Shown: positions 9,488-20,292 of the stretch, piece by piece
Position numbering within the stretch: the first letter of the stretch is position 1
Layout of the letters: each line of letters opens with the position of its first letter
NCBI GenBank assembly: GCA_041663185.1
Contig: JBAZQY010000002.1
Location: forward strand, 152,496-216,495
DNA from: Minisyncoccota bacterium
GTDB taxonomy: Bacteria; Patescibacteriota; Minisyncoccia; Phycocordibacterales; UBA9973
DNA length: 64,000 bases
Reading direction: 5' to 3'
Notes under the pieces: generated by a model
The model's database searches: none
Told to the model about the DNA's origin: nothing
What the model saw: only the letters and a program-made list of their open reading frames with translations
Program-made: the position numbers and the translations under genes

Positions 9488-10297
9488 ATGAAAAAATATT
9501 TTCTTTCCATACTAATCATAATATTGACCATCATCGCTTTTCCAATTTCTGCAGAAGTGGTGACTAATTCCGGATTTATTCCTGGGCAAATCTGGTACTC
9601 AAAAGATACTTTAGTTGAGGGAGAAACTGTAAATATCCATACGGCAATTTGGAATGGTGAGAAAGAATCGCTTTCTGTGAAGGTAGAATTTTATGACAAA
9701 AATGTTATTTTAGGAAGTAGAGATGTTGTCTTATCACCATCAGAATTGAAAGATGTATTTGTTCCCTGGAAGATTACCTCGGGAGACCATGTTATTTCTG
9801 CAAAAATTATCTCATCACTAGCTACTATTTCTGGGAAAAAAGAAAAAGTGACTCTTGATCGTGTGACAACCTCGACAGATAAACAATTTGTCCCAGTTGT
9901 CGTGAAGAACGCACAAGGTGAATCAGTCTCTGGAACAAGTTCCTTGAAAGATCAAATAGATAATGTCGTTCCTGATAAGGTTAGCACTTCTGTGGCCAAT
10001 GGTTTTACCGTAGTAGATAATTTTCGAGATAAAACATTCACGCAAGTCTCGACAGTTCGAGATGACACCCAAGAAGAAATAAATCTTCTGAAAACAAAAG
10101 AAAAAACAGTCGCTGAAACTTTGAGTACAAAAAACAATATTGAAGATGCCACCGAAAAACCAATTGCTTATATTAAACTTTTTATTTTTTCAATCCTGGC
10201 GCTCATTTTTGGGAATAAAATAATTTTTTATGGACTTCTGGCTATTGTCGTTTTCTTTGTATTGCGTTATTTATATCGCAAAATTAGAAATAGATAA
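9488..10297 (+). CDS. membrane-anchored exported protein with Ig-like region
   Basis: Signal peptide, beta-rich region, two C-terminal hydrophobic helices. Confidence 0.6.
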   Translation: MKKYFLSILIIILTIIAFPISAEVVTNSGFIPGQIWYSKDTLVEGETVNIHTAIWNGEKESLSVKVEFYDKNVILGSRDVVLSPSELKDVFVPWKITSGDHVISAKIISSLATISGKKEKVTLDRVTTSTDKQFVPVVVKNAQGESVSGTSSLKDQIDNVVPDKVSTSVANGFTVVDNFRDKTFTQVSTVRDDTQEEINLLKTKEKTVAETLSTKNNIEDATEKPIAYIKLFIFSILALIFGNKIIFYGLLAIVVFFVLRYLYRKIRNR

Positions 10298-10348
10298 TAT
10301 AAAATATATTTGTCAAATCTAGACTCTTTAGGGTACAATTGATTCGTA

Positions 10349-10612
10349 ATGAAGAGAGTCATTTTTGATATAATTTTATTTATTTCAGTATTTATTTTTC
10401 CTTGGTGGATAAGTGCTATTTTATTGCTCGGGGGGATTTTTCTTTTTAATAAATTTTACGAATTTATTATAGCCAGTGTAATTATTTTTGCCTTATATTC
10501 TGTTCCTGGGGTCAGGTGGATATCCTCGCCAGTCATTTTTTCACTGTTTATAATAATCTTTTATATTATGGTTGAATATTTTAAAAATAGAATTATCTTA
10601 TATAAAAAATAA
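10349..10612 (+). CDS. small integral membrane protein
   Basis: 87 aa, highly hydrophobic, directly upstream of PBP2. Confidence 0.6.
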   Translation: MKRVIFDIILFISVFIFPWWISAILLLGGIFLFNKFYEFIIASVIIFALYSVPGVRWISSPVIFSLFIIIFYIMVEYFKNRIILYKK

Positions 10613-10615
10613 AAA

Positions 10616-12313
10616 ATGTCTTTTCACATTAATCACAGAAGAATAAAAAGAGATATTGACCCAGATGAAATTTTTCTGGATTCTAAAAATTTACCTGATT
10701 TCAACAAACAACAATTTGAAGGTAGATTAGAAAAGGCAATACCCAAACATTCAGTGCTACTGGTAGGAGCTTTTTTCTTGGTAGTTGTTTTTATTTTTGT
10801 GGGACAAGTTATAAATCTTCAAATAATAAAAGGCGAGGCATATTTTAAAAAAAGTGAAAATAATACATTGATGGAAAGACCGATTTTCGCAGACAGGGGA
10901 CTTATCTATGACCGTAATCAAGTTCTTCTTTCTTGGAATACTTGGGCAAAAGAAGATATAAATAAATTATCTTCACCAGAAAGATCTTATTATGATGCTT
11001 CCGGATTTGGATTACTTCTTGGTTATGTTAGTGCGCCAGCCAAAGACTCCTCTGGGTATTATTGGCAAGATAATTTTATCGGGAAAGATGGTGTTGAAAA
11101 ATTTTTTAATGATAATTTAACTGGGGTTAATGGAGTTCGTATTACTGAGACTGATGTGAGTGGAGTTATTCAATCAGAAAATATGATTCAATCTCCCAAG
11201 GCCGGTGAAAATCTTACATTATCGATTGATTCAAGAATTCAAAAGAAAATGTATGAATCAATGTCGTCGATGGCCAGGAATGTAAATTTTCAAGGAGGAG
11301 CCGGTGTCATGATGGATATAAAAACAGGGGAGTTACTCGCTCTGACAAGCTATCCAGAATATAATGGGAATATTTTATCTCTCGGTAAAGACAGTAAAAC
11401 GATAAGCGGATATTTTGCTGACAAACGGAAAGTTTTTTTGAATCGAGCAGTCTCAGGACTTTATAGTCCGGGGTCAACCGTCAAACCATTTCTTGGTTAT
11501 GGTGCCTTGATTGAAAATGTTATTAGTCCTCTTAAATTAATTTTTTCTAATGGGTCAATTTCAATTCCAAATCCATATTTCCCTGACAAAAAATCTGTCT
11601 TTAAAGATCATGGAACATTTGGTTATGTGGATATGAGGAAAGCGATTGCCGTTTCGTCTGACGTATATTTTTATCAAATCGGTGGAGGATTTGAAAGCCA
11701 AAAAGGTTTAGGTATTTTAAATATAGATAAATATATAAGATTGTTTGGTATTGGAGAGAAAACTGGGGTAAATCTGGGTGGAGAAAAGGATGGAACAATT
11801 CCGACACCAGAATGGAAAGCTAAAACTTTCAAGGGTGAACCATGGCGAGTGGGAGATACGTACAATACCGCTATTGGTCAGTATGGTTTCCAAGTCACAC
11901 CGGTTCAAATGGCTCGAGCAGTAGCAGGTATTGCCAATATGGGAACGATTTATACTCCACACATCACACTTGCTGATAAAAATTTTGAATCACCGCAAAT
12001 GACAATACCAGTTGACCCTGATAAAATGAAAGTTATACACGAAGGAATGCGAATGGCGGTGACGGAAGGGACTTGTATGGCCCTAAATATTCCGAGCGTT
12101 AAGGTCGCGGCTAAATCTGGAACTGCTCAAGTTGGGCTAGGTAACACAAATACTAACTCGTGGATAATTGGCTTCTTCCCGTATGAAAATCCGAGATATG
12201 CATTTGCCCTTGTCATGGAGCGTGGACCCAAAGAGGCCTCCGGAAATGCGACGAGGGTAATGAGTGAAGTCATTGATTACATGAGCGTCTATACTCCAGA
12301 ATACTTTCAATAA
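10616..12313 (+). CDS. mrdA: penicillin-binding protein 2
   Basis: DRGLIYDRN, STVK (SxxK), SSD (SxD), KSGTAQ motifs. Confidence 0.85.
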   Translation: MSFHINHRRIKRDIDPDEIFLDSKNLPDFNKQQFEGRLEKAIPKHSVLLVGAFFLVVVFIFVGQVINLQIIKGEAYFKKSENNTLMERPIFADRGLIYDRNQVLLSWNTWAKEDINKLSSPERSYYDASGFGLLLGYVSAPAKDSSGYYWQDNFIGKDGVEKFFNDNLTGVNGVRITETDVSGVIQSENMIQSPKAGENLTLSIDSRIQKKMYESMSSMARNVNFQGGAGVMMDIKTGELLALTSYPEYNGNILSLGKDSKTISGYFADKRKVFLNRAVSGLYSPGSTVKPFLGYGALIENVISPLKLIFSNGSISIPNPYFPDKKSVFKDHGTFGYVDMRKAIAVSSDVYFYQIGGGFESQKGLGILNIDKYIRLFGIGEKTGVNLGGEKDGTIPTPEWKAKTFKGEPWRVGDTYNTAIGQYGFQVTPVQMARAVAGIANMGTIYTPHITLADKNFESPQMTIPVDPDKMKVIHEGMRMAVTEGTCMALNIPSVKVAAKSGTAQVGLGNTNTNSWIIGFFPYENPRYAFALVMERGPKEASGNATRVMSEVIDYMSVYTPEYFQ

Positions 12314-12372
12314 AATACCCCTTAGATATTTACCCCATAGGCAAGGCCTATGGGGTAGGCCTAGGGGGTATT
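12314..12372. terminator. nested hairpin after mrdA
   Basis: TACCCCATAGG-caagg-CCTATGGGGTA inside AATACCCCTTAG...CTAGGGGGTATT, followed by T-rich sequence. Confidence 0.55.
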
Positions 12373-12563
12373 TGTTTTTAAAGAAGATAATTTTGCCCTT
12401 TTCTCTTTACTTTTTTATGAAAAAATGTTAGTATAGACCCATTATTTATCCCGTTATAAATCATAAGTATGAATTACGGGATTTTATATTTAGTGTAGTG
12501 CGGAGGAAAACCTTATAAGTTAATTTTTGTATCGGAATCCAAGGGTTCTATACTAACAATTAT

Positions 12564-13028
12564 ATGGAAGAAACAAACTATATCACAGAAGACAAAAAAC
12601 AAGCACTGAAAGACGAACTTCATAATTTGAAAACTATAAAACGTAAAGAAATACTTGAAGCACTTGAAGCGGCTCGAGCTCTTGGTGATTTATCTGAAAA
12701 TGCTGAGTATCATCAAGCTCGCGAAGATCAAGGTAAAACCGAAGATCGAATAAATCAAATTGAGCACATGCTCAGGTCTGCCATTGTTGTTAAAAAACAT
12801 TCAAGTAATAATGTAGAAATTGGTACAACTGTCAAAGTTAAGAGAGAAGATAGTAAAGAACCGATTACTTACAGTATTGTCGGGGCAGAAGAAGCAGATA
12901 TGGCCAATAATAAAATTTCTAATAAATCTCCACTCGGCGAGGCTCTTTTTGGAAAGCGTAAAGGGGATGTCGTATCTATCAAAACTCCCAAGGGACTAGC
13001 CAAATACACTCTTATTGATATACAATAG
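12564..13028 (+). CDS. greA: transcription elongation factor GreA
   Basis: GDLSENAEY and ISNKSPLG motifs. Confidence 0.95.
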   Translation: MEETNYITEDKKQALKDELHNLKTIKRKEILEALEAARALGDLSENAEYHQAREDQGKTEDRINQIEHMLRSAIVVKKHSSNNVEIGTTVKVKREDSKEPITYSIVGAEEADMANNKISNKSPLGEALFGKRKGDVVSIKTPKGLAKYTLIDIQ

Positions 13029-13034
13029 AGATAT

Positions 13035-14522
13035 ATGGCAGGAATAAAAGAATTACGCGATGAGCGAATAAAGAAAATAGAATTATTAAAGAGTGCAGGG
13101 ATGAACCCATACCCAGCATCTGTTCCGCGGGACTACTCAATTGCCGAAGTTAAAAATTTTTTTGACAAACTTATAACAGAATCGGAAAAGAAAAATATTT
13201 CTATTGCCGGTCGAGTTATTGTCGTCCGAGGGCAAGGAGCAATCTTGTTTGTGGTCTTACAAGATGGAGTAGAAAGATTGCAGGCTGTTTTGAAGAAAGA
13301 TTCTTTAGATGAAGATTTATTTAATTTGTTTGTGAATACAATTGATAATGGAGATTTTATTTCAGTCACTGGCTCATTGTTTATTACTCAAAGAGGGGAG
13401 CAAAGCATTTTGATTAAAAGTTGGCAAATGGCCACCAAAGCGCTACTACCATTGCCCGATAAATGGGCTGGTCTGCAAGATCAAGAAGAAATCTATCGTA
13501 AACGATATCTAGATATTTTAATGGATAAAGAAGTTTACAATCGCTTTGTTCTTCGTTCTAAAATTATTAAATTTATTCGAGAGTTTTTTGATAATAAAAA
13601 CTTTTTGGAAGTAGAAACTCCTATATTGCAAACTCAAGCCGGAGGAGCGATGGCGAAAGTGTTTGAGACATATCATAATGATTATGCGATGCCAATGGTT
13701 TTGCGTATTGCTCTTGAGCTTGACCATAAAATGCTGATGACGGGTGGCTATGAAAGAGTTTATGAAATTGGTAAAAATTTTAGAAATGAAGGTACAGACC
13801 CGACGCACTTACAAGAATTCACGATGATGGAATGGTATGCTGCTTACCAAAGCCTTGAGACAAATATGAAATGGACAGAAGAGCTTATTAAATTAATTGC
13901 GAGTGATTTAATCGGGAAGACATCATTTAAGGTTTATGATAATGAAGGGAATGGAACAGATGTCGAGTTGGGTGGGGAGTGGCCACGAGTGACGTTCGAT
14001 TCTTTACTTAAAAAAGATGCAAATATTGATATTGAAACAATTACGGAAGAGGAAGCACGTAGAGAAGCGATAAAATGGGGAATAAAAGAAGAAGAAGCAG
14101 AGAAACTGGGTCGCGGTAACTTACTCGATAAAATTTACAAGAAATCTTCCAGGATTAAAATTATTAATCCGACTTTTGTGACAGATTTTCCTGGGGATTT
14201 GAAACCTCTGGCTCAACAGAATGAAAATGGAACAGCGAAAGTTTGTCAGTTGATTATTGCTGGAGCAGAAATTACAAATCAGTATGCTGAATTAGTAAAT
14301 CCAAAAATCCAACGCGATCTTCTCATCGCTCAATCAAAGGCCAAAGAAGGGGGAGATGAAGAAGCAATGCAAGTTGATGAAAATTTTTTGACTGCAATGG
14401 AGCATGGCATGCCACCGATGACTGGATTTGGAATGGGCATAGACCGACTGGTAGCAATATTTACAGAACAAAAAAATCTCAGGGATGTTATTTTCTTCCC
14501 AATAATGAAACCAAGAGAATAA
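13035..14522 (+). CDS. lysS: lysine--tRNA ligase (class II)
   Basis: YRKRYLD, FLEVETP, FRNEG, GMPPMTGFGMGIDR. Confidence 0.95.
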   Translation: MAGIKELRDERIKKIELLKSAGMNPYPASVPRDYSIAEVKNFFDKLITESEKKNISIAGRVIVVRGQGAILFVVLQDGVERLQAVLKKDSLDEDLFNLFVNTIDNGDFISVTGSLFITQRGEQSILIKSWQMATKALLPLPDKWAGLQDQEEIYRKRYLDILMDKEVYNRFVLRSKIIKFIREFFDNKNFLEVETPILQTQAGGAMAKVFETYHNDYAMPMVLRIALELDHKMLMTGGYERVYEIGKNFRNEGTDPTHLQEFTMMEWYAAYQSLETNMKWTEELIKLIASDLIGKTSFKVYDNEGNGTDVELGGEWPRVTFDSLLKKDANIDIETITEEEARREAIKWGIKEEEAEKLGRGNLLDKIYKKSSRIKIINPTFVTDFPGDLKPLAQQNENGTAKVCQLIIAGAEITNQYAELVNPKIQRDLLIAQSKAKEGGDEEAMQVDENFLTAMEHGMPPMTGFGMGIDRLVAIFTEQKNLRDVIFFPIMKPRE

Positions 14523-14530
14523 AAAATATT

Positions 14531-14564
14531 AAAAAGACCCAGGTAATTTACCGGGGTCTTTTTT
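14531..14564. terminator. bidirectional intrinsic terminator
   Basis: AAAAAGACCCAGGTAA-T-TTACCGGGGTCTTTTTT between convergent ORFs. Confidence 0.65.
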
Positions 14565-14579
14565 GATAGAGATAATCTA

Positions 14580-14765
14580 TCAGAATCCTGATATCTGTCC
14601 TTTGGGGACAAATGGCATATCAATCTCTCCCTCTTTGCAAATAGAGGTGGTTGATTCTTTTTGTGCACTTTGAAGGGCATAAATTGTTTTGGAAAACGGC
14701 CAGAAGCCTATTTTCTTTGCAACAATAAAATATACTCCAGGCGGGTAAATGACATTTTTTTTCAT
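14580..14765 (-). CDS. hypothetical small protein
   Basis: 61-aa ORF in an intergenic gap ending near a terminator. Confidence 0.35.
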   Translation of the reverse strand: MKKNVIYPPGVYFIVAKKIGFWPFSKTIYALQSAQKESTTSICKEGEIDMPFVPKGQISGF

Positions 14766-14845
14766 GGCCTTAAATTTACTATAAATTATATAACAAAATA
14801 AGCTTTTTGTCTATTTTTAGAACCCTTAGTTATCCACAGATTTAA

Positions 14846-14914
14846 AGTGGGGAGGGTTGTTTGTTTTGTGGGATAAAGTGGTGTATAATTAAAGCAAGTG
14901 GGATACAGTGGGAA
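14846..14914 (+). promoter_or_regulatory. MraZ-binding repeats and promoter of the dcw operon
   Basis: Five GTGGG boxes around TGTATAAT upstream of mraZ. Confidence 0.75.
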
Positions 14915-14949
14915 AAGATAAAATAGTAAATATTCCACTTTTTAATTTT

Positions 14950-15384
14950 ATGTTAATTGGCGAATACACTCACACACTAGACGATAAAAATAGAATGTCT
15001 CTACCCGTAAAATTCCGCAAGGAGATGGGGAAAAGTGTTGTCGTTGCCCCAGGGCTAGACAACTGTCTTTCAATTTTTACAACGCACGAGTGGCAAAAAA
15101 TTTCAGGAAAATTATCTGACTCATCAATGCTCGCTAGTGACAATAGAAGTTTCTCGAGATTTATGTTTGGTCAAGCTGTCGTCGTCGATGTCGATACAAA
15201 TGGCCGAATACTAATCCCGGAAAATTTGAAAAATCGTTCAGGCTTATCTAGTAAGGTTGTTGTTATTGGTGTGCAGAACCGCGCCGAAATCTGGAATGAG
15301 AAAGCATGGAATGATTACAAGAAAGTAGTGGAGAAGCAGGCAGATGCCCTGGCAGATAAATTAGGGCAAATAGGTGTTCTTTAA
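14950..15384 (+). CDS. mraZ: division/cell wall cluster repressor MraZ
   Basis: MLIGEYTHTLDDKNRMSLP, DTNGRILIP, EIW; start at ATG 14950. Confidence 0.95.
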   Translation: MLIGEYTHTLDDKNRMSLPVKFRKEMGKSVVVAPGLDNCLSIFTTHEWQKISGKLSDSSMLASDNRSFSRFMFGQAVVVDVDTNGRILIPENLKNRSGLSSKVVVIGVQNRAEIWNEKAWNDYKKVVEKQADALADKLGQIGVL

Positions 15385-15385
15385 A

Positions 15386-16282
15386 ATGAAACATATTTCT
15401 GTATTACTAAGTGAATCAATTGATGGGCTAGAAATAAAGCCAGGTGAAATTATTGTTGATGGAACACTCGGAGGTGGTGGACATACACTTGAAATAATCC
15501 GTCGTCTTGGAAACAAAGTGAAAATAATTTGCCTCGACTTAGACACTGACGCAATCAGAAGAGCAAAGAAATTAATAGACAAAACATTGGGTGATGTAGT
15601 CTACCAGACAGCTGGGTTCCAAGATATTGAGCAAGTGCTTGATGGTTTGAAGATAAAAAATGTCGATAAGATTCTACTTGATTTGGGGCTAAGTTCATTT
15701 CAATTGGAAGAAGGAGATAGGGGATTCACATTTTCAAAAGATGAACCACTTCTAATGACAATGAAGAAAAATCCAAACTCAAATGATTTAACTGCTTATG
15801 AAATTGTGAATACTTGGGGAGAAGAATCGTTGGCGGATATAATTTATGGTTTTGGAGAAGAAAAATATTCAAGAAAAATTGCCAGGGCGATAGTAGAAGC
15901 TCGCGAAGAAAAGGAGATAAAGACAACTTTTGATTTGAATGAAATTATTGAAAAAACTGTTGGCAAATTCTATCGAGGTAAAAAAATTCATCCATCAACT
16001 AGGACCTTCCAAGCATTAAGAATTGCGACTAATAGTGAATTAATTAATTTGGAAAAAGTAATACAAAAAGGTTTCGAAAGATTATCAATCAGGGGAAGAA
16101 TGGCCATTATTAGTTTTCATAGTTTAGAAGATCGCATTGTCAAAAAAGCATTTTTAAAATTAAAACAAGAAGGTTGTGCAAATATTATTACAAAAAAACC
16201 AATAGTGCCGAGTGATGAAGAAATTAAATTAAATCCTCGTTCACGTAGTGCTAAATTAAGATTAATAGAAAAAACAAAGTAA
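15386..16282 (+). CDS. rsmH: 16S rRNA m4C1402 methyltransferase
   Basis: HISVLL, DGTLGGGGH, DLGLSSFQL, FHSLEDR, NPRSRSAKLR. Confidence 0.95.
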   Translation: MKHISVLLSESIDGLEIKPGEIIVDGTLGGGGHTLEIIRRLGNKVKIICLDLDTDAIRRAKKLIDKTLGDVVYQTAGFQDIEQVLDGLKIKNVDKILLDLGLSSFQLEEGDRGFTFSKDEPLLMTMKKNPNSNDLTAYEIVNTWGEESLADIIYGFGEEKYSRKIARAIVEAREEKEIKTTFDLNEIIEKTVGKFYRGKKIHPSTRTFQALRIATNSELINLEKVIQKGFERLSIRGRMAIISFHSLEDRIVKKAFLKLKQEGCANIITKKPIVPSDEEIKLNPRSRSAKLRLIEKTK

Positions 16283-16286
16283 ATAT

Positions 16287-16610
16287 ATGACAAAAGCAAA
16301 AGCAATCACAAAAGATATCACAGAAAATATTAAAACACAAAAAATGTTACTTCGAGTGTTGATTTGTAGTTCAATCGTTTTGTGCGCTGTCTATATTTAT
16401 CTTATTGGTTCTATAACTTTCAATATTATTGCCCGCAAATCATTAGAAAATACAGCAACTAACCTAGCCAATAGTGTGAATCAACTTGAATTGACCTATT
16501 TGAATAATGTGAAGGGAATAGATAAAGAATATGCTTTTTCAAAAGGATTTGTAGATGTTCATCAAAATATTTTTGCAACAAGAGATATTAATCATGTCGC
16601 TATTCGCTAA
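16287..16610 (+). CDS. FtsL-like cell division protein
   Basis: Single TM plus coiled coil, located between rsmH and a PBP. Confidence 0.55.
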   Translation: MTKAKAITKDITENIKTQKMLLRVLICSSIVLCAVYIYLIGSITFNIIARKSLENTATNLANSVNQLELTYLNNVKGIDKEYAFSKGFVDVHQNIFATRDINHVAIR

Positions 16611-18316
16611 TGAAATTATCATCGTTCCAAAAGAGAATAAGGGTTTTGATTGGTTTTGTTCTTTTAGTGTCTATCATTCTCTTGGGTAGACTTTTTTTTG
16701 TTCAGGTTATTCATAAAAACTTTTATATTTTGCGTGCCGATAAGCAATATGTCACTCCGGCGGGTAATATATTTGATCGTGGTTCAATATATTTTTCTAA
16801 AAAAGATGGTTCACTTGTGACTGCTGGGACAGTAACTTCAGGATTTAAGCTGACAATGGTTCCAAAGAATATTGTTAATGCTTCGGATGTTTATACACAA
16901 TTAAGTCCATATTTACAAATGGATGAAGATACTTTTTTAACAAAAGTTTCCAAAATTGATGATCCATACGAAGAAATTGCAACAGGTTTAAATAAAGAAC
17001 AAGTTACAGAAATTGAAAATCTCAAAATTAAAGGGCTTTCTATTTTTAAAGATAATTGGCGATTTTACCCTGGAGGAAATCTTGCTTCGCATACGCTTGG
17101 TTTCTTAGCTTATAAAAATGATTCTCTGGTTGGTCAGTATGGATTAGAACGTTTTTATAATAGTACACTTTCTAATAGAGAAGATGAAGACTATGTGAAT
17201 TTTTTTGCTGAAGTTTTTTCAAATATTAGAGATACAATTTCAGATACAAATAGAGGTGATGTTATTACAACGATTGAACCGTCCACGCAATCTACCCTAG
17301 AAGGTGAGCTTGCGTCAGCTTTAGAGAAATGGAAAGCTGATCAAGCCGGTGGAATAATTATTAATCCACAAACTGGAGAGATATATGCTATGGCAGGATT
17401 ACCAGATTTTGATTTAAATAATTTTAGAAAAGTAGAGGATGTCGGCGTTTATCGTAATCCTTTAGTTGAAAATGTTTTTGAATTTGGGTCAGTTATTAAA
17501 CCATTGGTGATGATGGGGGCGATTGACGCGGGAGTTGTTACTCCAGAGACAACTTATTTTGATAATGGATTTATCGTTGTAGATAAAAAGACAATAAATA
17601 ACTTTGATAAAAAAGGGCGTGGACTTGTGACGATGCAAGATGTCCTTAATCAATCCTTAAACACTGGGATGGTTTTTGTTGAAAGTAAACTCGGGCATGA
17701 CAAATTTCGCGCTTATTTAAAATCGTATGGAATTGGAGAAAAAACGGGGATTGATCTTCCCAATGAAACTTCTGGTCTTATAAAAAATATTGATAGTCCT
17801 CGAAATATTGAATATGCCAATGCCGCTTTTGGTCAAGGGATAGCCTTGACTCCGATTGAAGCAGCCAGAGCGTTTGCGATTATTGCTAATGGGGGCAAAC
17901 TCGTGACACCACACCTAGTTAAAGAAATAAAATATGACAATGGACTTTCCAAAAATCTTGATTATCCTTTCATTAAAGAAAATATAATAAAAAAAGAATC
18001 ATCTGATACTGTGACTAGAATGCTCATTAAAGTTTTTGAATCTTATGATAACGGAGTGCATAAATTTAATAATCACAGCGTTGCCACAAAAACAGGTACG
18101 GCACAAGTAGCAAAGGAAGACGGGAAGGGGTATTATACAGATCGTCATATGCACTCATTTTTTGGATATTTTCCAGCTTATGAACCCAAATTTTTAGTTT
18201 TTCTTTTTCTTAAAAATCCTAAAGAAGTCAAATATGCTTCCCAAACATTAATTCCACCTTTTATTAATATCACTAAATTTATTATAAATTATTATAATGT
18301 TCCACCCGATAGATAG
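16610..18316 (+). CDS. ftsI: division penicillin-binding protein (PBP3/FtsI)
   Basis: SVIK, SLN, KTGTAQ motifs; dcw operon position. Confidence 0.8.
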   Translation: MKLSSFQKRIRVLIGFVLLVSIILLGRLFFVQVIHKNFYILRADKQYVTPAGNIFDRGSIYFSKKDGSLVTAGTVTSGFKLTMVPKNIVNASDVYTQLSPYLQMDEDTFLTKVSKIDDPYEEIATGLNKEQVTEIENLKIKGLSIFKDNWRFYPGGNLASHTLGFLAYKNDSLVGQYGLERFYNSTLSNREDEDYVNFFAEVFSNIRDTISDTNRGDVITTIEPSTQSTLEGELASALEKWKADQAGGIIINPQTGEIYAMAGLPDFDLNNFRKVEDVGVYRNPLVENVFEFGSVIKPLVMMGAIDAGVVTPETTYFDNGFIVVDKKTINNFDKKGRGLVTMQDVLNQSLNTGMVFVESKLGHDKFRAYLKSYGIGEKTGIDLPNETSGLIKNIDSPRNIEYANAAFGQGIALTPIEAARAFAIIANGGKLVTPHLVKEIKYDNGLSKNLDYPFIKENIIKKESSDTVTRMLIKVFESYDNGVHKFNNHSVATKTGTAQVAKEDGKGYYTDRHMHSFFGYFPAYEPKFLVFLFLKNPKEVKYASQTLIPPFINITKFIINYYNVPPDR

Positions 18317-18318
18317 TT

Positions 18319-19623
18319 ATGACCAAACAAATATTTAAAAAAATTATAATATTCATTATTACTTGGCAAGCCAAATTGGTGCTAGCCAAATATCATCCCA
18401 AAATTATTGCGATTACTGGATCAGTCGGTAAAACATCGACTAAGGATGCTCTTTTTACTGTTCTATCAAAATTTAAAATAGTTAGAAAAAGTGAAAAAAG
18501 TTTCAATAGTGAGATAGGTTTACCATTGACTATTTTAGGGCTACCGAATGGTTGGGATGATCCTTTTGTTTGGCTTGTAAATATTCTTCATGGTTTTGCT
18601 CTAATATTATTTAGGAAGCCTTATCCAGAATATTTGATTCTGGAAGTGGGAGTAGGGAAGCCGGGAGATATTAAAAAGAATGTTGTCCCTTGGTTGAAAA
18701 CTGATGTAGTGATTGTTACTCGTTTCCCTGATAGACCAGTACATGTTGAGTTTTTTGAATCAGCCGAGAAAATTATAGAAGAAAAAAGTGCTCTAGTATC
18801 TACTTTAAAGAAAAATGGAGTGCTAATATTAAATCACGATGATGAAAAAGTTTACGCTCTCCACCAGAAATCAAATTGCAAAACTGTCTCTTACGGGATG
18901 CACGAAAACTCGACTTACCATTCAATGTATCCAACTTATTCTTATAATACAAAACATAATCATAAAGTTCCCAATGGAATTAATTTTAAATTAGAATATG
19001 AAGGGAATACTTTCCCAGTAATTTTACCTAATGTTTTAGGAATGCATAATGTTGGTCAGGCTCTTGCAGCTGTGGCTTGTGCCCATGAACTTGGTTGTGA
19101 TTTACTCGAATCAATTCGGGCGATCAGTGAGTATTCTACTCCTCCTGGTCGGTTATCACTTATTGAAGGGATGAAAGATTCAATTATTATTGATGACACT
19201 TACAATTCATCTCCAGTGGCGATGGAGTCAGCGATAGAGGTATTGAGAGACATTGAAGGCAAAAGAAGAATTGCTGTACTTGGAGATATGCTTGAATTGG
19301 GTAAATTTACCGAAGAAGAACATCGTCTTGTTGGAGGGAAAATATTTGGTGTCGCTGACATTTTAATTACTGTTGGGCCAAGAGCGAAATCTATAGTAGA
19401 AGGGGCTAAAGAGAGTGGTTTTATAAAGAAAAATATTTATAGTTTTGATTCAGTAAAAACGACTGGTGAATTTTTAGAAAAAATGATAGAAGAGGGGGAT
19501 ATTATCCTAATCAAAGGTTCCCAAGGAGTACGCCTAGAACGTGCTGTAGCGGCTATTATGGAACATAAAGAGATGAAAGGTAAACTTCTATGTCGCCAAG
19601 ATAAAGAATGGCAAAATCGCTAA
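18319..19623 (+). CDS. murF: UDP-MurNAc-tripeptide--D-Ala-D-Ala ligase MurF
   Basis: ITGSVGKTSTK, DDTYNSSP, LGDMLELG, KGSQG. Confidence 0.93.
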   Translation: MTKQIFKKIIIFIITWQAKLVLAKYHPKIIAITGSVGKTSTKDALFTVLSKFKIVRKSEKSFNSEIGLPLTILGLPNGWDDPFVWLVNILHGFALILFRKPYPEYLILEVGVGKPGDIKKNVVPWLKTDVVIVTRFPDRPVHVEFFESAEKIIEEKSALVSTLKKNGVLILNHDDEKVYALHQKSNCKTVSYGMHENSTYHSMYPTYSYNTKHNHKVPNGINFKLEYEGNTFPVILPNVLGMHNVGQALAAVACAHELGCDLLESIRAISEYSTPPGRLSLIEGMKDSIIIDDTYNSSPVAMESAIEVLRDIEGKRRIAVLGDMLELGKFTEEEHRLVGGKIFGVADILITVGPRAKSIVEGAKESGFIKKNIYSFDSVKTTGEFLEKMIEEGDIILIKGSQGVRLERAVAAIMEHKEMKGKLLCRQDKEWQNR

Positions 19624-19649
19624 AATAACGAATAAAAAATAGAAATAAA

Positions 19650-19685
19650 AATGCCCCGGTCGCAAAAATTCGCGACCGGGGCATT
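19650..19685. terminator. hairpin between convergent genes
   Basis: AATGCCCCGGTCGC-loop-GCGACCGGGGCATT. Confidence 0.65.
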
Positions 19686-19708
19686 GTGTGCCGGTTATCA
19701 ATTAGTGA

Positions 19709-20149
19709 TCAATTAATAACCATAGCATCAGGATTTTCTTTACCATTGATTTTACAAGGTCCGCCAGATCTGATGACCGGATATATGTTTTCGGGGAAAA
19801 ACTTTAATAACTCAAAAATGTCATTAAAGTTTTTGGAATAGTTTAATGAATTCCACCCCCCAGTATACTCACTTTTTTGGAGTAACTGGAATAGGATTTC
19901 ATTTTTTTCCCCGATGTGAATTTCCAAACATCGGTGAGGGAACTCCCCTGAGATAAACATCTCAAAGAGATAAATATACCCTCCAAAATCAGAGGGAATA
20001 ATTGGGTTGGTTTCTCTGGAAATCGTTATTTTGACTTCCGGGATATTCTCACCTTGGATGGAGAACATCGCTTTGATTAAATACTTCTCAGAAAATACTT
20101 CCCTTAAAAAATTTAACAAAAATTCCTGGGTATTGTTTCTTGTTTTCAT
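19709..20149 (-). CDS. hypothetical protein
   Basis: 146-aa ORF, no recognised motif. Confidence 0.5.
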   Translation of the reverse strand: MKTRNNTQEFLLNFLREVFSEKYLIKAMFSIQGENIPEVKITISRETNPIIPSDFGGYIYLFEMFISGEFPHRCLEIHIGEKNEILFQLLQKSEYTGGWNSLNYSKNFNDIFELLKFFPENIYPVIRSGGPCKINGKENPDAMVIN

Positions 20150-20292
20150 GCTATATTTTTTAGAATGTGAATGTTTTTATTTTTTATCAGTATAATATAT
20201 TTTTGCTCTCGAGTCAAATCTATTGACTTTTAATTTAAATTATGTTATCATTTAAGTAAATACTCTGAAATCAAAAACTAAACCTTAATAAT

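Noticed and set aside
14846-14914. GTGGG repeats as a novel repeat array
   Set aside because: Explained by known MraZ operator repeats upstream of mraZ.
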